Shown piece after piece: positions 48,536 to 57,825 of a DNA stretch of 64,000 nt. The stretch lies in NCBI GenBank assembly GCA_963793265.1, contig CAWBZI010000006.1, positions 800,001-864,000 of the forward strand, given 5' to 3'. Origin of the DNA: an uncultured cyanobacterium. GTDB taxonomy: Bacteria; Cyanobacteriota; Cyanobacteriia; Phormidesmidales; Phormidesmidaceae. Each line of letters starts with the position of its first letter. Position 1 is the stretch's first letter. Below the pieces are notes generated by a model. The model was given only the letters and a program-made list of their open reading frames with translations. It did no database searches and was not told the origin of the DNA. Both the position numbers and the translations under genes were made by a program.

Positions 48536-49097
48536 AAACGAGCCTTTGATAAGTACTGAGCAATCTCACGGATAGCTTACCCGCCTAGCCCAAAACAGCA
48601 GGCATCGCCATAGTGCATATTACCGACACCAGGCTACTCAAACATACCTAAACCGCCGTTCTGTAGGAATTTTAGGCTTTTAAAAGGCTGTCGCTTTAGT
48701 CGATTTGCCAGCCACTAATCTCGGCATTAATACCCGCAGAAAAGCAAAATCTATCTCTCTATATAGCGCCCTCGAAGATAGCCGCAAAGAAAATGTAGGG
48801 GTCAACCGCGATGCCTGGCACCTTATCTTCGGCGCTCATGTAGCGCTACTCCTTTTGACTCATCTGATCTCGGCCTCAATGCTAAAGCAAACATTAAGCA
48901 TTTATCTCTGGGGACTTATTTATAGAAAGCAGGGGTTCTTTGAATCGCGCGCTGACATAGACTGTGTAAAGAAATACATATTTTTGTGAGTGGCTGGTTG
49001 TATCAGCACATGTTTGGAAACAAACGGCAACGTATAGCAACGAAGCGAAGCAGTCCTGTTCTCGTCTTTTCAAAACCTTTCTTAACAGCTTTATCGG

Positions 49098-50579
49098 ATG
49101 ACTTCTTTACAAATCGGAGCCACCAAACGTTCGTCAAAACCAGCGACACGCTCTCAGCTAGTAGAGAGGCCGCTAGTAGACGCCGCGCTACCTACAGCAG
49201 GTGATGAAAGCAACGCTACCAATAGCAGGCTGTCAAAGTCAGCCATTCGTAAAAGTCTTAAAGGCTCTACGCTCGACGGCACGTTCTCTTCAGTCTTTGA
49301 GAACGTCGTTAAAGGGGTGCTGATTAGCAACTTTTTGCTAGGACTTGGTGCAGGTGCTTTTGAAGTAGGTTTGCTGACGTCTATTCCGATGATGGGTCAT
49401 CTGTTGCAGCCGCTAGGGGCTTACTTTTCTGAGAAGACAACCAGTCGTCACAATTACTGTCTGTGGATTTATGGCATTGCGCGCGTACTGTGGCTGCTGC
49501 CAGCGGCAGGCATTTTCCTTTACAGCAACGGTACGATCACCGCTCACGTTCTTACGATTTTGACAATGATCGTGCTGACTATCAGCAACATTTTGGAGTC
49601 AATAGGCTCTGCGTCCTGGATGAGCTGGATGGCAGTGCTGGTACCCGGAAAGCTGAGAGGCCGCTACTTTAGTTTGAGGCGATCGCTCTCTAGTCTCACC
49701 GCTTTACTCACCATTCCAATCGGCGGCTGGCTTGTCTCGCAGTGGATGGGCGGTGAACTTGAAGGCTACGGCGTCGTTCTGATTATCGCGGTGCTAATGG
49801 GCTTAGTGAGCTTAGGCTTTCAATTCTATATGAGCGATGTTAATCCACAGGCTGAGAAGGCGGCGGTTGCGCAAAAGGCACAGACAGTAGCAAAGGCTAC
49901 TGGCGATGATGAGCGAGATTCAGGCTTGCTTAAAGACAAGAACTATCTCACGCTGCTGCTGTTTTTAGGCATATGGACATTTGGGGTGAACCTGAGTGCA
50001 CCCTTTTTTAACTACTACCTACTCGATAAGCTCCATTTGGATGTGCAGTGGGTGACGATTTACAGCAGCTTGAGGTATGGCGCATTCTTTCTAGCAATTA
50101 TGCTGTGGGGCCGACTGGCTGACAAAATTGGCAATCGCCCTGTTCTTATCATCAACTGCGTACTGGCGGCTTCGGTTCCTTTGATTTGGAGCTACACAGA
50201 CGGCGGTATCTCGTGGGTTTGGATAGGACTGCCACTGCTGCACCTGTTACAGGGTGGTAGTTTTGCAGCACTAGAGCTTTGTTTGGCGAATATTCAGCTT
50301 GAGCTAGCGCCTATCGGCAAGCAGTCGAGCTATTTCGCGATCGCTGCTGCCGTTATGGGCATCACAGGCGCACTCGGCACTACCGCAGGCAGCATGTTAG
50401 CCGAACTCTCTACCGTTGGCTTGCCTGCTCTGTTCGCGGTTACGGCTGTTGTACGGCTTGCTTGCATCACACCTTTGCTATTTGTGAAAGAAGGTCGGGC
50501 GCGCTCGGTGCGATCGCTCCTAGAAAAATATATAAAGCGCGACGCTAAAGCATTACAGCCCGTTAGAGTCAAAGCCTAA
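49098..50579 (+). CDS. MFS transporter
   Basis: About 12 hydrophobic segments; WMSWMAVLVPGKLRGRYF, WGRLADKIGNR. Confidence 0.88.
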   Translation: MTSLQIGATKRSSKPATRSQLVERPLVDAALPTAGDESNATNSRLSKSAIRKSLKGSTLDGTFSSVFENVVKGVLISNFLLGLGAGAFEVGLLTSIPMMGHLLQPLGAYFSEKTTSRHNYCLWIYGIARVLWLLPAAGIFLYSNGTITAHVLTILTMIVLTISNILESIGSASWMSWMAVLVPGKLRGRYFSLRRSLSSLTALLTIPIGGWLVSQWMGGELEGYGVVLIIAVLMGLVSLGFQFYMSDVNPQAEKAAVAQKAQTVAKATGDDERDSGLLKDKNYLTLLLFLGIWTFGVNLSAPFFNYYLLDKLHLDVQWVTIYSSLRYGAFFLAIMLWGRLADKIGNRPVLIINCVLAASVPLIWSYTDGGISWVWIGLPLLHLLQGGSFAALELCLANIQLELAPIGKQSSYFAIAAAVMGITGALGTTAGSMLAELSTVGLPALFAVTAVVRLACITPLLFVKEGRARSVRSLLEKYIKRDAKALQPVRVKA

Positions 50580-50645
50580 GCAAGCTAAGCCGCGCCACCG
50601 ATAGCTATACTAATCAGGACAAAAGGTCGTTCATTTGTACCAGAT

Positions 50646-53006
50646 ATGGTTGCGACTTCCGGTGAGCTGACTACTGATAGTAGAGTTGAAGACAAGCTAG
50701 CGAAAGAAACGCTAGCCGAAGAAAGGGCCGTACTGATTCAGCAGATAGTCAATAGCCTGCGGCCAGGACAGAAGTCGCTGGCACAATGGCACTCTGGGCC
50801 GCTAGCGGTTTCGGCAGTACCGGGTTCTGGTAAGTCTACTGGGATGGCAGCAGGCGCTGCGATTGCGATCGCCCAGCACCAGCTCCACGCCCGCAAGCAG
50901 CTCGTACTCGTCACCTTCACCCGCTCAGCAGCAGCAAACCTCAAGGCTAAAGTACGTCAGCATCTCAAAGCGCTTTCTCTGCCCCTCAACAGCTTTGTCG
51001 TCCATACGCTCCACGGCCTCGCGCTCAACATTGCTAGCCGCCATCCCGAAGTCTCAGGCATCAACCTTTCGCCCTTAGACTCGGAAGGGACAACGCTGGT
51101 TTCTCCGACGCAAAGTCACCGACTCATTCGCACGGCAGTAGAACGCTGGATTGAGGAAAGCCCGGCGAGCTATCAGCGGTTGATTGAGGGCAATAGCTTT
51201 GACGGGGAAGAGACGGAGCGCTTGCGCAGGCAGTCTGTATTGCGCACAGAAGTATTACCCGCGCTGGCCTACACCGTTATTCACGAAGCCAAAAGCTCAG
51301 GGTTACTCCCTGAAGCCTTAAGTGACGTTGCTCAGACGATGAGAATTAGCGTACCGGAAGGTAGTGCTGATTATGATGTGGTTGCGATCGCGGCCAATCT
51401 ATACGCTCACTATCAAACGCTGCTAACAGACAGAGGGCTAATCGACTACGACGATATGATCCTCGCAGCGCTGAAGACGTTGGAAGAACCCGCAATTCGG
51501 CAAATGTGGCAGAGTCGGGTGTTCGCAATTTTTGAAGATGAGGCGCAGGACTCGTCGCCCTTGCAGACGCAGCTATTAGAAGTGTTAGCAGCAAACCCAG
51601 AGGATTCGAGCGCGCCTGTGAATCTGGTGCGCGTGGGCGATCCGAATCAGGCCATTAACTCTACGTTTACGCCTGCCGACCCGGTGTTTTTTAATCAGTT
51701 TTGCGATCGCTGCCAGGAACTCGGACGGCTCGCCAGTATCGAACAAGCTGGTAGAAGCTGCGCAAGCATTATGCAAGCAGCCAACTTCACGCTTCACTGG
51801 GTTAATAAAAACGGAGCGCGGCAAGCCTTTCGCAGCCAGGATATTCTGCCGGTTGGCCCCAACGATCCACAGCCAGATGCCAATCCTGATCCAATCGGGG
51901 AAGGCGTAGAGCTAGTCAGACCCAAGACGACAACCGACGCTGTAAGGCAGCTCGCCAGAAGAGTTGTCGATGCCTTCAAGGAGAGTAGAGACACTAGCGC
52001 GGCGGTGTTGGTGAGAGAGAGCCGCCAGGGAAAGTTTTTGCGAGAGATATTAGAAGATCCGCAGCGCTTGGGATTTGATTTTGAGGCGACGGGGATTGAA
52101 ATTTATGACGTGGGGCAGCGCGATCGCAAAAGCCACATCCCCCGAGAAATCCTCGACCTATTGCAGTTCATCGAACGCCCGCACTCTCCCGACAACATCA
52201 AAGCAGCTCTGCGCGTACTTGTCTCCCGGCAGCTTGTACCCACTCAAGATCTCAACCCGCTCGCCACAAATCCAGAGCAATTCCTTTATCCTGGCCCACT
52301 AGACGCACCGCCCAAAACGACTGCTGCCCAACAGGCCCGTCGCTACTGCGCCGCCCTCATCCGGGCTCGATTGGAGCTGCCTGCCTATCATCTCATTCCT
52401 TTTCTTGGGCTCACCCTCGGCTACGACCAAAGCGAACTTGCTACCGCCGACAAGCTCGCCGCCCGCATCGCTCAACAAACCATGGAAGACAGTACCCTTA
52501 CCGCCATGCTAGGCGTGCTGCAAGAGCTTTTAGGCTCTGAACGCTTCCGCGCCGTAGAAGCTGAGGATACCGAGTCGCAATACACGCAGCCCGGTCAGCT
52601 CACTATCATGACCATGCACAAAGCAAAAGGCTTAGACTGGGACGCTGTTTTTCTACCTTTCCTACACAAGCGCAATATCCCCGGCGACGCCTGGGTTCCA
52701 CAGCAAATGCAGTTTCTCGGAGACTTCGCCCTAGATGAAGTCGCTCGCGCCCAGCTCCGCGCGCATACTCACGCCGTCTACGCACAAGATCACAAACCTG
52801 ACCCTATTCCTAATATCGAAGACGCCTGGCAACAGGCCAGCAACCTCAAACGCGCCGAAGAATTTCGCCTGCTCTACGTCGCCATGACCCGCGCCAAAAA
52901 GCTGCTGTGGATGTCCGCCGCAAAGCAAGCGCCGTTCACCTGGAGCAAACCCGAAAATCTGCAAGATTCAGAAGCCTCGCCTATCTTCACAGCCCTTCGT
53001 CAGTAA
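50646..53006 (+). CDS. UvrD/Rep-family SF1 helicase
   Basis: AVPGSGKS, TFTRSAA, DEAQD, VGDPNQAI, TMHKAKGLDWD, EEFRLLYVAMTRAK. Confidence 0.92.
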   Translation: MVATSGELTTDSRVEDKLAKETLAEERAVLIQQIVNSLRPGQKSLAQWHSGPLAVSAVPGSGKSTGMAAGAAIAIAQHQLHARKQLVLVTFTRSAAANLKAKVRQHLKALSLPLNSFVVHTLHGLALNIASRHPEVSGINLSPLDSEGTTLVSPTQSHRLIRTAVERWIEESPASYQRLIEGNSFDGEETERLRRQSVLRTEVLPALAYTVIHEAKSSGLLPEALSDVAQTMRISVPEGSADYDVVAIAANLYAHYQTLLTDRGLIDYDDMILAALKTLEEPAIRQMWQSRVFAIFEDEAQDSSPLQTQLLEVLAANPEDSSAPVNLVRVGDPNQAINSTFTPADPVFFNQFCDRCQELGRLASIEQAGRSCASIMQAANFTLHWVNKNGARQAFRSQDILPVGPNDPQPDANPDPIGEGVELVRPKTTTDAVRQLARRVVDAFKESRDTSAAVLVRESRQGKFLREILEDPQRLGFDFEATGIEIYDVGQRDRKSHIPREILDLLQFIERPHSPDNIKAALRVLVSRQLVPTQDLNPLATNPEQFLYPGPLDAPPKTTAAQQARRYCAALIRARLELPAYHLIPFLGLTLGYDQSELATADKLAARIAQQTMEDSTLTAMLGVLQELLGSERFRAVEAEDTESQYTQPGQLTIMTMHKAKGLDWDAVFLPFLHKRNIPGDAWVPQQMQFLGDFALDEVARAQLRAHTHAVYAQDHKPDPIPNIEDAWQQASNLKRAEEFRLLYVAMTRAKKLLWMSAAKQAPFTWSKPENLQDSEASPIFTALRQ

Positions 53007-53008
53007 CA

Positions 53009-54517
53009 CTAATCCATCTGCTCGTCTTGCGCCTGCATCAAAATTTCTTCAAAGCAGGCTTCACCAATCGTCGTCGCTGGCGTATCAGGATCGTCAAATA
53101 GAAATTCACCAATCGCTCGCACTTCTTCGACTGGCTTGTTAAAACTGATCCGCTTACTCTGAGCAACCTGCGGCGGCGAGGGGAGGTTAGGAATGTACCG
53201 TTGCTCAACAGCCATTTTTTTATCTTTTACCGCTGTCCAAAGTGAGGGGCTGCTGGCCTTACTGCTTGACTTCTTTTTAGATGAGCCGTTTGAAGAACTG
53301 GCCTTGACCAAAGTATCGCCTTCATCGACCGCTTTGACCTTTTCAAACATAGACGTAGGATCATAGGCTTTAGCGCTTTGCGTTCTCTGCTTTTCTTCTT
53401 TGGGCAGTCGCTTCCACTGACTCGTGTATGTCGTAAACAGCCGCATCCCCTCCCGCATTCGTTCTTTAATATGCAGATACAGTTCTGAAGAGGCATCAAT
53501 ACCGCGCTTGGTGGTCGTAATTGGGAGCTTTCGAGCATCGGTACTGTTAAAGCGCACAATGCCTGAGATAGAAATGTACTGAGGATGATATTTCGGAACG
53601 CCTGCTTCGCCCCATCCGGTCAAAATAGTTTTGTCATTAGCAACGACTACGCGATCGTTACAAACAATCGTCCAGCCCGCCGTATCTCGCTTGCGTCGTT
53701 TCTTTGTCTCAGCATCAATGACTTCTTCCTCGCTCGGCAGCGCCCGATGAAAGCCGACAGCAACGGTGACTTCTACGTCTTCTTCGTAGCCTTCGTATAG
53801 GTAGGGAGCGATCGCCTCAGCATCTTTCTTCTTCAGCTTGGTAATTCCCTCCCACTGCAACACCAGCGGCCTCGCCTTCACTAGCTTGTTATTTACCGAT
53901 ACTTCAAAGCCTTTAGCAATGATGTAGCTGTAGAGCGATTCAATTTCTTGAGCAAGTTCTGCCTGAAAAGACTTAGCCGCAAGCTGACTAGCAGCCTCGT
54001 CGCGCATCTCCAAAATTTCAACCACCGTACCGTTCCTATCCAAAGACGGCTTGATAGTCTGCAAGGGCAGATCCCAAGTCTCGTCACTCGTCAGCCAATC
54101 CGGCTGAATGAGCACCTTAAAAGCATCAGATTCGGTTTGAGATACGACTTGAGCAGATCGCCCCATCTTAAAAATGGCTCGCTTCATACCGATGCCATAC
54201 GTGCCAATCGTGGCAATATCGTCATCGTCAGTAATGTTTCTAGGCTTGCCCATCCTGAAGGCATATCGCTGAGCAACCTCGAGCGGAATGCCGCCGCAGT
54301 TATCCGATATTCTGAAGCCCTTTTCTGAAAGTTCTAAACTTGCCCAAAAGCCTTCGTATGGCGTTTCCGAAGGTTCCCTGTCCCGAATCGTTCGCTGAAT
54401 GCCATCTATACAGTTGTCTAAAAGATCGAGGATGGCATCTTTGAGATCGATGTCTCGCGTCAGCATCTCTACAAAGAAGTTTTTAGTCGGCGCGGCATTA
54501 ATCGAAGTTGGGGCCAT
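53009..54517 (-). CDS. GHKL (MORC-like/HATPase_c_3) ATPase with S5-like second domain
   Basis: DLLDNCID (N box), DNCGGI (G1), GTYGIGMK (G2), GTVV; GWTIVCNDRVV, LPITTTKRG. Confidence 0.82.
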   Translation of the reverse strand: MAPTSINAAPTKNFFVEMLTRDIDLKDAILDLLDNCIDGIQRTIRDREPSETPYEGFWASLELSEKGFRISDNCGGIPLEVAQRYAFRMGKPRNITDDDDIATIGTYGIGMKRAIFKMGRSAQVVSQTESDAFKVLIQPDWLTSDETWDLPLQTIKPSLDRNGTVVEILEMRDEAASQLAAKSFQAELAQEIESLYSYIIAKGFEVSVNNKLVKARPLVLQWEGITKLKKKDAEAIAPYLYEGYEEDVEVTVAVGFHRALPSEEEVIDAETKKRRKRDTAGWTIVCNDRVVVANDKTILTGWGEAGVPKYHPQYISISGIVRFNSTDARKLPITTTKRGIDASSELYLHIKERMREGMRLFTTYTSQWKRLPKEEKQRTQSAKAYDPTSMFEKVKAVDEGDTLVKASSSNGSSKKKSSSKASSPSLWTAVKDKKMAVEQRYIPNLPSPPQVAQSKRISFNKPVEEVRAIGEFLFDDPDTPATTIGEACFEEILMQAQDEQMD

Positions 54518-55022
54518 GGCGATGAACGGTTGAAGTGATGTCTTTGCTATAAACCTTATCGCAGCGTTCCGTTTCTACACCGCTCATTGGCTGATAGCCA
54601 TTCTTTTCATACAGCCGGACGGCTTCTTTTAAGGCAGTGGCTGTTTCTACCCAGGCTTGAGAGAACCCGTTAGCCGCTGCCGCCTGCTCTAACTGAGCCA
54701 GCAAAAAGCGGCCTAGTCCATAGCCCCGAGCTTCAGGTAATAGATACATTTTTCGGATTTCAACCGCTTCTTTTCCCCGCTCAATCGGATGATAGCCTCC
54801 TGTGCCAACGATTTTGCCTGATTGCTCAACGACCCAAAACTCGCCGCCCGCTTCCAAATAGTATTTTTCGACTTCTACCGCATCTTGGTCGCTACAGCCG
54901 CCGCAGCTTACTTCCCAGCCGAGTCCGTATTCGGCTAGGACAGTTTTGATGACATTAGCGGCAGCGGTGCGATCGCTCGCCACCCAATCTCGAATCAAGA
55001 AATTCCTAAACCTAATCCGCAT
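54498..55022 (-). CDS. GNAT N-acetyltransferase
   Basis: EIRKMYLLPEARGYGLG, AVRLYEKNGY. Confidence 0.9.
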   Translation of the reverse strand: MRIRFRNFLIRDWVASDRTAAANVIKTVLAEYGLGWEVSCGGCSDQDAVEVEKYYLEAGGEFWVVEQSGKIVGTGGYHPIERGKEAVEIRKMYLLPEARGYGLGRFLLAQLEQAAAANGFSQAWVETATALKEAVRLYEKNGYQPMSGVETERCDKVYSKDITSTVHRHGPNFD

Positions 55023-55054
55023 CTACATTTCCCGCTCAATGTATGCCAATATCT

Positions 55055-55660
55055 CTAGCTATGTATTCGAGGCTCAGGATACAGATTGCTAAGTATCTCA
55101 CTCTCTTGTACAGCTAGCTCTCTCAGTCGATCGTTGACACTATCAATATCAAAATACGTAGTCGCCAGCAACCAATAGCTGCCGTAATGTCTGGCTTCAG
55201 AGGCCATTAGCGATCGATAGAACTTGGCAAGCTGCGGATCTGGGCAGTGCTCGCCAATTAAGCCTAGTCGCTCGTGGCTACGAGCTTCTATCAGCGCCGA
55301 CACTAGCAAAAAGTCGAGCATCCGATCTGGCTCCTGCCTGCGTACTAGCTTTTTGAGGCTGGCACCATAGGGCGGTGGTGTCACTGGCTGCAAGGGAATG
55401 CCGCGCTTGTCTAGCCACTGGTTGACCTGTTCGTAATGACTGAGTTCTTCTTGCGCAATCGCCGTTAGCTCTCGAACCAACCTATCACTCGAAGGATACC
55501 GCGACATCATCTGAATCGCAGTGCCCGCTGCCTTGCGCTCACACTGAGCATGGTCGAGCAAGATAGTGTCTATGTTTGCGATCGCCTGCTCTACCCAAGC
55601 CTGCGAGGTCGGCGTCTTTAAAAACTTAATCTTTGACTTAGCCGGAACAGTAGCAACCAA
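55055..55660 (-). CDS. miaE: tRNA-(ms2io6A37) hydroxylase
   Basis: DHAQCERKAA, EELSHY, IEARSHER, SEARHY, PRIHS. Confidence 0.92.
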   Translation of the reverse strand: MVATVPAKSKIKFLKTPTSQAWVEQAIANIDTILLDHAQCERKAAGTAIQMMSRYPSSDRLVRELTAIAQEELSHYEQVNQWLDKRGIPLQPVTPPPYGASLKKLVRRQEPDRMLDFLLVSALIEARSHERLGLIGEHCPDPQLAKFYRSLMASEARHYGSYWLLATTYFDIDSVNDRLRELAVQESEILSNLYPEPRIHS

Positions 55661-55720
55661 GGCGCTCGTTACCCTATCGGAACAGGCCCATATTGTAAAC
55701 GTAATCGCAGACGCGTTCTA

Positions 55721-56158
55721 TCAGTTACGAAGATGCTTCACTAAGCCTTCTAAACCCAACCGATAGCTATCCGCGCCAAAGCCGCTAATTTGGCCGACCG
55801 CAACTGGCGCAATATAAGAATGATGCCGAAAAGCTTCGCGCTGGTGAATATTACTCAAATGAATCTCTACCGTGGGAATCGCCACCGCTGCAATGGCATC
55901 TCTAATCGCCACGCTCGTATGCGTATAGGCACCTGGATTGATCAAAATGCCCTGGTGGAGATTCAAGGCTTCTTGAACCGTGTCCACCAGGGCACCTTCA
56001 TGGTTAGATTGAAAAAAAGTTAGCTTCACCTCTAAAGATTCGGCCACTTTGACTAGAGCTTCATTGATATCTTGCAGGGTTTGAGAACCGTAAATACCTG
56101 GCTCCCTTTTGCCTAACATGTTGAGGTTAGGCCCATTCAATACCAAAATGCTGATCAA
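55721..56158 (-). CDS. aroQ: Type II 3-dehydroquinate dehydratase
   Basis: [35 protein letters not shown]. Confidence 0.96.
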   Translation of the reverse strand: MISILVLNGPNLNMLGKREPGIYGSQTLQDINEALVKVAESLEVKLTFFQSNHEGALVDTVQEALNLHQGILINPGAYTHTSVAIRDAIAAVAIPTVEIHLSNIHQREAFRHHSYIAPVAVGQISGFGADSYRLGLEGLVKHLRN

Positions 56159-56167
56159 AACAGTGCG

Positions 56168-56314
56168 CTACCGGCGATGACGGCGACCGTCTCTATCATC
56201 TACGGGAATAGGAATAGGCTCGTGTTCAGGCTGCGTTTGCGGCCCAAATAAAGCGTCTACTACCTTATCAATCCATTCTCCGAGTTTTTCTAAAACCTGA
56301 TCGATATAGTCCAT
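56168..56314 (-). CDS. Unannotated 48-aa protein upstream of aroQ
   Basis: Own translation: MDYIDQVLEKLGEWIDKVVDALFGPQTQPEHEPIPIPVDDRDGRRHRR; GGGAG RBS; ends 9 bp before aroQ. Confidence 0.75.
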   Translation of the reverse strand: MDYIDQVLEKLGEWIDKVVDALFGPQTQPEHEPIPIPVDDRDGRRHRR

Positions 56315-56561
56315 GAGCTAGATTGCTCCCTCTCATCTTCTTGCAATAATTCGCCTTGGCAGAGCAACTAGGAAAACCTAATCGAGGCCGGAAGGGAACA
56401 AAGCCATACGCTTTCGGCACATTCGATGATGGCCTAAACAGACGACGACTTATGTATTTATGATAACCAATTAAGAGGAATGATCAAGGTTGGGGCGGTA
56501 GATTTAACATAATCTCCTATATTTCTTTAGACAGAGGCGATCGCACTGCTCCCCATACCTT

Positions 56562-57815
56562 TTAGCCCAAGAGCTGTAGCCGCAAAGCGTTAAGCGCACT
56601 CAGCGCACTCCGCTGGCGAATCTGATCGCGACTGAGATCTGCGCCGAACAGGTGCTTGTGTGTTAAAGTTCCGGCGGCTGAGGACAGGCCGATGTAAACG
56701 AGCCCTACTGGCTTTTCATCGCTACCGCCGCCCGGCCCGGCAACACCTGTGATGCTAATGCCCCAGTCTGTGCCAAGGCGATCGCGCACCCCTTCAGCCA
56801 TCGCCGCTGCTACTTCCGCGCTCACGGCTCCCACGCTATTCAACAGCGCTTCATCAACGCCTAAAACGCCTCGCTTCACCCGGTTGTCATAAGAGATAAC
56901 GCCACCCCAAAAGTAGCTAGAGCTGCCGGGCGTCGCCGTAATCATTTGGCCAAGCCCACCGCCCGTACAAGATTCGGCCACGCTGAGCGTCGAGGCGTTC
57001 TGCTGCAAAAGCGCGCCCACCACGCTCGCTAACGTATCGTCGTCCTGTCCATAGCAGTGAGCAGATCCAATCTGACGAATTTCTTTGGCAATCGGATCGA
57101 TTAACTTGTCCGCCTCGGCAACTGTCTCAGCGCGTGCCGAAATTCGCAGCTTAACTTCGCCATCACCTGCATAAGGCGCAACGGTTGGATTTTCCAGGTC
57201 TAGCAGTGATCGCACCTTCGTCGCCAGCGTCTCCTCGCCAATGCCCCAAAACTTCAGCGTTTGGCTATGAATCACGCCATCGGCCCAGCCGTTTGCCTGA
57301 AGATAGGGCCGCGCCGTTTGCTGCCACATCGCTTTCATTTCACGCGGAACGCCTGGGAATGTCATCACCAGCAAGCCTTTTCGAGGCTCCCAAAGTACGC
57401 CAGGCGCGGTGCCGACTGGATTAGGGAGAATGCTCGCCTCGACAGGAAGCTGCGCCTGGCGGCGGCTGATATCGTTAAGCTCGCGGCCCCGGCTAGCAAA
57501 TTTTGCCTTGAGGTCAGCAACGATTTCACGGCGCTCAGAGAGCTGCGAACCAAAGAAATCGGCCAGGGTCGCTATGGTCAAATCATCGGGGGTAGGGCCG
57601 AGGCCGCCTGTAAAGATGAGCAGTCGGGCGCGTTCACAGGCGATCGCAACGGCCCGTTGAATGCGCAAAGGATTATCACCCACCACGGTTTGATAGTGAT
57701 GGGTAATTCCAAGGCTGGCGAGCTGTTGAGCTATATATTGCGCATTGCCGTTTACAATGTCGCCCAGCAGTAGCTCTGTGCCCACACAAATAATTTCAGC
57801 GCTTCGGCGGCTCAT
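56562..57815 (-). CDS. cinA: Competence/damage-inducible protein A (MocF-like + PncC)
   Basis: AEIICVGTELLLG, GGLGPTPDDLT, PGVPREM, AESCTGG, ITGVAGPGGG; start 57815 or 57827. Confidence 0.94.
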   Translation of the reverse strand: MSRRSAEIICVGTELLLGDIVNGNAQYIAQQLASLGITHHYQTVVGDNPLRIQRAVAIACERARLLIFTGGLGPTPDDLTIATLADFFGSQLSERREIVADLKAKFASRGRELNDISRRQAQLPVEASILPNPVGTAPGVLWEPRKGLLVMTFPGVPREMKAMWQQTARPYLQANGWADGVIHSQTLKFWGIGEETLATKVRSLLDLENPTVAPYAGDGEVKLRISARAETVAEADKLIDPIAKEIRQIGSAHCYGQDDDTLASVVGALLQQNASTLSVAESCTGGGLGQMITATPGSSSYFWGGVISYDNRVKRGVLGVDEALLNSVGAVSAEVAAAMAEGVRDRLGTDWGISITGVAGPGGGSDEKPVGLVYIGLSSAAGTLTHKHLFGADLSRDQIRQRSALSALNALRLQLLG

Positions 57816-57825
57816 GAGATAGGCC

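Noticed and set aside
48480..48670. 6S RNA or ZMP/ZTP riboswitch identity for the structured region
   Set aside because: Could not build the long 6S rod with central bubble or find the riboswitch's conserved motifs; kept only as an unnamed candidate.
48705..49204. ORFs 48705..48989 and 48986..49204
   Set aside because: Non-ATG starts, no motifs, and the second overlaps the MFS gene out of frame.
56380..56420. SRP RNA-like GGCCGGAAGGGAAC
   Set aside because: Lacks the CAGG..GGAA..AGCA context and the long enclosing stem.
56454..56467. NtcA-like site GTA-N8-AAC
   Set aside because: One mismatch to GTA-N8-TAC and no supporting promoter geometry.
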